DNA of 55,663 nucleotides, counting the filler, from Jimgerdemannia flammicorona (taxonomy: Eukaryota), in the NCBI GenBank assembly GCA_003990765.1. It is 3 parts of 3 records of this genome, joined end to end, with 100 filler letters (N's around TTAATTAATTAA, not from the genome) between each part and the next. Parts side by side here need not be neighbours in the genome. Positions count along the whole stretch, not along the records: positions 37,178 to 55,663 come from RBNJ01002202.1; 2 more parts are not named here. The stretch is one strand, 5' to 3'. The notes under the pieces were generated by a model. That model saw only the letters and a program-made list of their open reading frames with translations, was not told the origin of the DNA and did no database searches. Position numbers and translations under genes: made by a program. Below are positions 48,895-55,663 of this stretch, piece by piece (position 1 is the stretch's first letter; each line of letters opens with the position of its first letter).

Positions 48895-49310
48895 TTGATG
48901 AGCCAAATCCTTTGGATCATTGGATGGTGGGCAGTAGTTCAGAGACTTCTTTGACTGTTAGGGTCAACTCAATTTTTTTGAATAGAATCTGGGCAATGCA
49001 GAAACCAATGGAGATCTTGAAGGGTATCCAACTATAGTTTCAGATGAGGACAATAATTTTGCCTGTATAATCCTCATCAATGACTCCTCCTTCTACTGAG
49101 AGTCCTTTCAATGCTAGGCTGCTGCAATAGCATATTCTTCCAACATATCCTTCAGGAATTTGGATACTGATTCCTGTATAGACTTACTTAACTTCTCAGT
49201 TGGAAACTATAGCTTCTTTGGCTGCATACAGGTCATATACAGCTGCTTTTTGACTTCCTTTGGTTGGGGCCTTAGCAGTTTGTCTTAACTTGATAAAGTC
49301 TAATGTTCTG
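48895..49310 (-). pseudogene. dut: dUTPase domain of family C copy 2
   Basis: YDLYAA, SSLALKGLSVEGGVIDEDYTGKI, IAQILF, GSKGFGSS. Confidence 0.92.
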
Positions 49311-51329
49311 GTAGTCAGGTTATTGAGGTGGTGCAGAGTGGTAACAGTTGCTTATGTTACTGTTCAGGGTTTTTAGTTGGGGCAGGCACTGGCCATATGT
49401 CCTGTCTTTCGGCAATAGAAGCATGCTCCACTTCTTCGAAGTTCATTCCTTTCACCTTCTGTGAGTTTCTTGAAGGTACTTGGCTGAGTGGGTTCATGAT
49501 TTCTGGGTGTCCATGAGGTGGATGTAGAGGGAGCTCAGGATGCTTCATGCTTGGGTTCTTCTTTCTTGGTCTAAGTTTTTTCCTTATTGTTGAATTGTCT
49601 TTGGGGCAGAATTGGTCCAGCTGTTAGAATTCACTTGACCATAGTCTTGATTCTTACTAGGCACTATTGTTGGTGATCACAACCAACTGGGTGGCCTTGT
49701 TCTCAGATTTTTCTAGTAAGCCATTCAGGTAGTGTATCAAATAAATGGTCTGCTCTTGTACTATTTCATGCTTCATCATTGATAATATATCCTAGGCCAA
49801 TAGTGTTCAGGAGTGACTCAAGTTTTGTACAGAAGGTTTCGAATTCTTCCTTGCCATGTACATCAAATTTGAGGTTGTGGAGTTTTACTCAAGATTCAGC
49901 AATCATGGTTTTGCTGCAGTATTGAGCAATTATGAGTTGTTTGAGTCCAGGGGCTGCAGGATGGGCTCCATATCCTGGGGCATTGTTTGCTACATTCTGA
50001 GCAACTACTGTAGGTCAGGTGTCCCATGTGAAGGGTTTTTCAGGAAGGGTTCACCACCATTCTTCGGTGAGTCCTCAGAAGAATGTAACAACTCAGCAGA
50101 CATAGGCTGTAGTGGTAGAAAAGAGTTGTTCCAGAGTGTGGTCTTGATTGTTTGTCAGAAGGCAGTCAGCAACTCGCTCATTTGTCCATTGATTGGCCTC
50201 AAAGTTGGTGTCAACTACACTAATGAAGCTTTGGACTTCTTGTGCAGTACCATTGAAGATAGGTAGGCTCAGATTTTTGGTAGGTCAGATCTGTTCAGCT
50301 AAGGCAGTAATGGTTGCTACCATTATTGCTACCTGGGCTATGAGGTCTAGAATTACCATGTTGTTTACTGGAGGTAGTTGGACTACTGGTAGTGGTGTTA
50401 TTGGTACTACTTGAGGTACTGGTGCAGAGTGTGAGGGTGTTCTTTGAGTCTGTATAAGTTGCTGGAGTAGTAGTTGTGGGTCTGGAGTAAGGGCTCGATA
50501 GATAGCTGTTTGTTGCTGTGTAGGTATATTCTGTCCTGATGGAGGTGCTTCTCCTTCAGTAGTATATCTGGGATCAAATTTACTGAGATACTCCTCCTCC
50601 TCTTCAGTTTGGTCCCTGTGTAATTGGGTTTGCTCAGTATCAAAGTAGATGGAATCAGTTGTATATCTGATTTCAGATGAACTTAATTCAAAGTCAAGTT
50701 CAGGTTCAGTATTGGTTTCAGATTCAGATAGAGTTGTAGCTGGGCCTGCTTCTGGTTCAGGGTCAGGTAGTTGATGAAGAGTTTCTCTTGCTTCTTCTTT
50801 AAGAATATGGTGGGTCTTGCTATTCTGGAATTGATAGTATAATGCAGTCTTGGTCCTGGTATGGTGAAAGTCAGTAGAGTTGAGCCACTTAGCTACAGAG
50901 GCTTGGGCTTCATGAGGAACTAAGGCTAGAACCACTCCTGCTGGTTGTCCTAGGTCGCTCAGATTTGTGGAGCTGACAAAACTCTTATTGAGAAGAGTAA
51001 AGAAGGCTTCTATAAGACCTTCTTTGTCTTGACTTGCTGGGTGTAGTGCAAGGAGTTCGGTGAATAGAGATTTGCCTATTTGCTGGTTTAGCTGGAGTAC
51101 TTCTTTCTTTGAATGAAGTTTATCTCACTTGTTGCAGGTGTGGAGGTTAAATTGTCCTTATACATATGTTAGGTTCAATTCTCTCCAGATTATCAGATGG
51201 TTCAGGATAAATTCCAGTTTAGAGGTTGGGCTTTATACCAACTTATAGGAATTCTCAGAAGGGTTTGTAGCAGAATGAGGAAGCATCTTGAAGTGGAATT
51301 GGATTGTAAACTGCTGCTATGTACCAAGT

Positions 51330-53177
51330 TGTAAGAGGGTTGCTTTTTAGGATAACTATTACATAGTTCTGGAAGATCATTTTCTTATAGTTAAAATCAA
51401 TTTCGTATAGAGTATATTCTCTACACTTATTGATTTCAAGTTCAGGTTGATGTCTTAACCAAAGTCCTTTTTCGGACTAGTTCTGGATGTTCAGGATTTC
51501 CATATTTCAGAAAGTTCAAGAAACTAAGACCAGCTTAGTTGAATTGACATATCGCTGCAGACAATACCCAATTAGGGAATTTCATAATGAGGTTAGGAGT
51601 GGGACCTAATGGGGAGTAGATTTACTTAAGAGTGGTTTGTGGGTTATTAAATAGGTTTATTTGCTATTCATGATATTACTATACTAGGAGTAGTTGTGTG
51701 AAGGGATATTGTGGAGAAGTGCTCAGAAGTTGTGTTTGAATTATTTAAGTCTGAAATTCTGAGGTCTAGGGGAGGGGGTATTTATACTAGTGAGGGGCTA
51801 TCTGGATAGTCTTCGATGACATCACTATCAATTGCATCATCTCTGATGAAGTAGTCATCTAGGAAGAGTGGTTCGCAGATTACTTCTCCTTGTTCGCTGA
51901 GGTAATAATATATTGGAACTTCATCACCATCCAACAGGATAGCATTGTCTGTCTCATATGCTGGATAAGGTGTTGGTGGGTAAAGGAGTGGTACATCATC
52001 TTTGCTTTTATCGGTTTTGCTATTGCATACCTTCTATAAGTTACAGCTATGAGTCATGAGGTTGTAGTAAGCTGGCGGCTGTGGTTCATGTTGCTCATAC
52101 TCAGGTGGTGGAGTGATTGGTTCGATCTTGAGAGTTATCTAAAGGTACAGGTTGTGTTCTCCAGTCTCTTCATTATAGTTGAAGTACATAATTGGGAGTG
52201 AATGCAGGTTGGTATTCATACCAATGGTCATTGTCCCAATAGGTCTCATATGCTATTATAAATTGTTGTAAGTTCATCAGCAAGGTTGGCAGTATTATCA
52301 GGGTTGGCAGAGATCCTTGGCTTGAGGTCATGTTGGTGTCAGAGAGATCATTGTCTTCTGCTTCATCTTCATCAAATTGGATTATGTCATAGACATCCTT
52401 CATAGCATATCTGACTTGAGATATTTGCAGGATATAGTCATCAGGGTGTGGAAAGGTTCTGTCTGTGGTCTGGATGTATTCTAGGTACTTGTGGTTAAGT
52501 TCTTGTATTATGTTGTCAATTTGGCCATAGGATAGGGTAGTAACCATTTTGCTGGTAGTAACTCAGAGGCAGGGAATAAAGGTGCTGTACTTATAAAAGA
52601 GTTCTCTGTATTTGTAGGCAATGAGCTTCTGGTGTTGAGACATCTGGATAATGTCTATATTATGGTAGTGTTCGACTATGTCTTCCAGGAGGTGGCTGAT
52701 CTTATAGTAGCTTGAGATTTGTCTGATTCTGTGGACCTCATTAAGCATGTTCAGGGTGTTCCATTGAGCTTCTATAAAGTAGAGGGGTGCTAGGCTATGG
52801 ATATTCATAAGGGGCAGAGGGGGTGTGGCTCAGTTGATAATGGTATTCCAAATGTCAGCGCAAATGTAGTTGTAGATCTCAGTGATCATATTTGTATATG
52901 TTCAGAAGTTATGGTTGTTGTTTGTTTTGATTCTCTGTTTTGATGTATCATGATGCTTGGTATATACATTCGGTCCTGATTGGTAAGATTCTGTTTGTAT
53001 AAATCTTGTATTCTGTGACTTTGTGTTGACTCAGCTTTGTGTACTATAACTTCAGTTTGACTCAGCTTCATGATTGAGCAGATGATTTCCAGATTTGTTC
53101 GGAGGTTGCATGTGATTTTGGTGGCTTGTTCAGAGGGTGACATGTGATTTCAGTGGCTTGGAGGTTGTGTGCTTACA
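51330..53177 (-). repeat. Family C copy 2 5' LTR (1848 bp, two internal deletions relative to the 3' LTR)
   Basis: Deletions near 51375 and near 51805. Carries the accessory ORF from ATG 52889 to about 51800. Confidence 0.95.
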
Positions 53178-53794
53178 TGGCCAAATCGAAAGAATGAACC
53201 AAACTCTGGAATAAATACTAAGGGACTATATGTCCTACAGATAAGATGATTAGTATGAACACCTCACTGCAGTCAAGTTTGCTTACAATAACAGTAAGCA
53301 AGTCTCTCTTGGAATGACTCCATTCTTTGCCAATACTGGACAAATCTCAAACACCCCTCTGACACTCATCCAAACTACTGATGAATCCTCCACAGTCAAA
53401 GCTGTTGAAGAATTCCTGCTCTGAATACATAATCTAAACCAGATTGCAATTGAGAATTTATCACAAGCTCAAGAACAACAGTTACAGTATATTAACCAAT
53501 ACCACCAAGAAGAAACCTTTGATATTGGAGAAAAAGTTCTACTAGACATCTGAGGATATCAAGTTGATAACCTGAAGCACAGACCATCTACAAAGCTGAA
53601 CAGCAAGTTTATTAGACCATTTGAAATCATTGCACAAGTCTCTCCAACCTCCTACAAATTGATGCTACCAGACACTATTAAGGTTCACTCAGTCTTTAAT
53701 GTCCAATGTCTCAAGTGATACAATGAGAATGATGATGAGCTATTCCTAAACCAAACCACCAAACCACCTACACCTGTCATTATTAATGACCAAG

Positions 53795-53950
53795 AAGAAT
53801 ATGAAGTTGAACAAATCCTCAACAAATGTGGCCTCAAGAATCACTCTGAGTATCTTGTCAAATGGAAAGGTTATCCAATCCATGATGCAATCTGGGAACC
53901 CAAGACCAATCTCCAGAATACTACTGACTTAGTTCAGGAATATGATTCTT
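53795..53950 (+). pseudogene. Chromodomain at integrase C-terminus (copy 1)
   Basis: EEYEVEQILNKCGLKNHSEYLVKWKGYPIHDAIWEPKTNLQN. Confidence 0.92.
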
Positions 53951-54392
53951 TGAATAACTAAAACCAAATACTCCACACCTATCAGTATATACTATATATT
54001 ACCCTTCCAAACATTATAATTATCATGAACAAAATCAAGAACTCAGTAAGTCAAGACAAAAGAATACCAACCCTCTGGAAAAAACAGCAAAACTGAAAGC
54101 AAGCCTATTCTCTCTGTACCACTGGTGGGAATCGAGGCATAGATATTTAAGAAGATTCCTTAGAGGAAATTCTCCAGCAGTGAATAACATCAGAATCACT
54201 TCTGGCATATAGCATTGAACACATGACCCTTTAATATATGAATCCAATGCATTAGGCAACTGTACTATGAGTATGCCACTTTCTGAGAAAAATAGACTTT
54301 ACCAGACTTTTGACCTCCCAAATGGTGTAATAATACTAGAACAAAATTAGAAAGCCCCCAACAAGGATGTCAAAAGCTAAGAAGGGGAGAGT

Positions 54393-55528
54393 TATAAGTG
54401 CACAACCTCCAAGCCACAGAAATCACACATCACCCTCTGAACAAGTCACCGAAATCATATGTGACCTCCAAACAAATCTGGAAATCACCTGCTTAATCAT
54501 AAAGCTGAGTCAAACTGAAGTCACAGCATACAAAGCTAAGTTAACATGAAGTCATGGAATATAAGATTTACACAAACAGAATCTTACCAATCAGGACCAA
54601 AGGTATATATATCAAGCACTGAGATATATTGAAATAGAGAACCAAAACAAACAATAACCACAACTTCTGAATATATACAAATATAACTACCAAGATCTAC
54701 AACCATATCTGTGCTGACATTTGGAATGCCATTGTCAACCAAGTCACACCCCCTCTACCACTCATGAATATCCATAGCTTAGCACCTCTCTACTTTGTGG
54801 AAGTCTGATGGAATGCTCTGAACATGCTTAGTGAGACCCACCGAATTGGATAAATCTCAAGCTACTATCAGATCGGCTGTCTCCTAAAAGATATGGTCAA
54901 ACACTACCATGATACAGATATCACTCAGATGTCTCAATACCAGAAACTCATTGCCTGTAAACATCAAGAACTCTTCTACAAGTATAGCACTGTTATTTCC
55001 TGCCTCTGAGTTACTACCACTAAAATGGTTGCTACTCTGTCCTATAGCCAAATTAATGACATAATACAAGAACTCAACCACAAGTATCTCGAGTATATTG
55101 AGACCACAGACAGAATCTTCCCACACCCCAATGACCATATCCTGCAAATGTCTCAAGTTGGATATATCATAAAGGATGTCTACAATATAATCCGATTTAA
55201 TAAAGATAAAGTAGAAGACAATGATCTCTCTGGTACCAATATGACCTCAAGCCAAGGATCTCTGCCAACCCTGATCATACTACCAACCTTACCAATGAAC
55301 TTACAACAGTTCATAACCACATATGAGACTTATTAGGATAATGACCACTGGTATGAATACCAACCCACATTCATTCCTGATTACTTCAACTACAATAAAG
55401 AGACTAGAGAACATAATCTGTACCTCCAGACAACCCTCAAGATTGAACCAACTACTCCACCACCTGAGTATGAGCAACATGAACCACAGTCACTAGCTTA
55501 TTACAACCTCGTGACTCATAGTGCTGTA
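54393..55528 (+). repeat. Family C copy 1 3' LTR (partial), with third copy of the accessory ORF from 54683
   Basis: T(A)TAAGTGCACAACC after the PPT. Matches 44809 and 53177 on the reverse complement. Confidence 0.93.
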
Positions 55529-55663
55529 TAGTGCTCCGAACGAGTCAATCCGGATGGGATTCGGATGGATTCGAATTGGATTCGAATCAGATTCGAATCG
55601 GATTCGAATCCCATCCGGATGGATTCGAATCGGATTCGAATCGGATTCGAATCGGATTCGAAT
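55529..55663. mobile_element. Left terminus of a recent TIR DNA transposon with 11-bp GGATTCGAATC subterminal tandem repeats
   Basis: LTR homology stops at 55528. TAGTGCTCCGAACGAG follows, then palindromic GATTCGAATC repeats with CpG largely intact. Confidence 0.72.

Larger units (their letters stand above)
42745..53177 (-). mobile_element. Family C copy 2, full length (10433 bp), inserted inverted into copy 1 integrase
   Basis: TG…CA termini, 5-bp TSD TGGCC (42740-42744 / 53178-53182), PPT AAGAAGGGGAGAGT 44810-44823, gag-dut-PR-RT-RH-IN-chromo about 45240-51060. Confidence 0.97.
37186..55528 (+). mobile_element. Chromovirus-type Ty3/Gypsy family C copy 1, split in integrase by copy 2 and truncated in the 3' LTR by a TIR element
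   Basis: 5' LTR end at 37428, PBS TGGTAGCAG 37432, gag LPTFNG, CCHC about 39335-39380, dUTPase, DSG protease 40135, YIDD about 41180, IN HPETDG (42744) resuming QIERMNQTLE at 53183, chromodomain, PPT 54379-54392, 3' LTR from 54393. Confidence 0.95.

Noticed and set aside
5237..49310. dUTPase in Gypsy elements as a novelty, or as sign of an endogenous retrovirus
   Set aside because: dUTPase-bearing fungal Ty3/Gypsy elements are already known, and the RT, IN and chromodomain here are Gypsy type with no env. Only the positions and linked modules are noteworthy.
2884..55544. The two TIR ends as boundaries of one 52-kb element
   Set aside because: They face outward (element bodies lie left of 2899 and right of 55529), differ greatly in decay, and are on different contigs.

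Overview
This is a eukaryotic transposon cluster with no intact host gene. It is most likely from an early-diverging fungus, which is an inference from the element types. Three contigs are joined by artificial 100-bp N/TTAATTAATTAA spacers. Contents: (i) the right end of a TIR DNA transposon (1-2899, TAGTGCTC-type terminus, palindromic subterminal array) carrying a decayed TET/JBP-like 2OG-Fe(II) dioxygenase, with a fresh, CpG-intact end of the same TIR type at 55529. (ii) Three distinct Ty3/Gypsy families, all with dUTPase: A (2900-7792 + and 18825-36649 -), B (20697-29542 +, 1.58-kb LTRs, TSD ATAG, nested in A), and C, a chromovirus (37178-55528 +, with a full-length copy 42745-53177 inserted inverted, about 2-kb LTRs, TSD TGGCC). 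(iii) Two nested G-rich L1/Tx1-like LINEs (7793-18490). Nearly everything is degraded by C-to-T/G-to-A transitions at CpG and CpA. Reconstructing consensus from paired copies reveals two modules shared by all three Gypsy families but in different positions. One is a GRCPH-x10-12-CxxC putative zinc module in the polyprotein near the dUTPase. The other is an accessory ORF family (YxIGxxL...IAxKxxxxF...IPxL plus acidic tail), which lies after integrase in A but entirely inside the LTR U3, with its own TATA-like box, in B and C.
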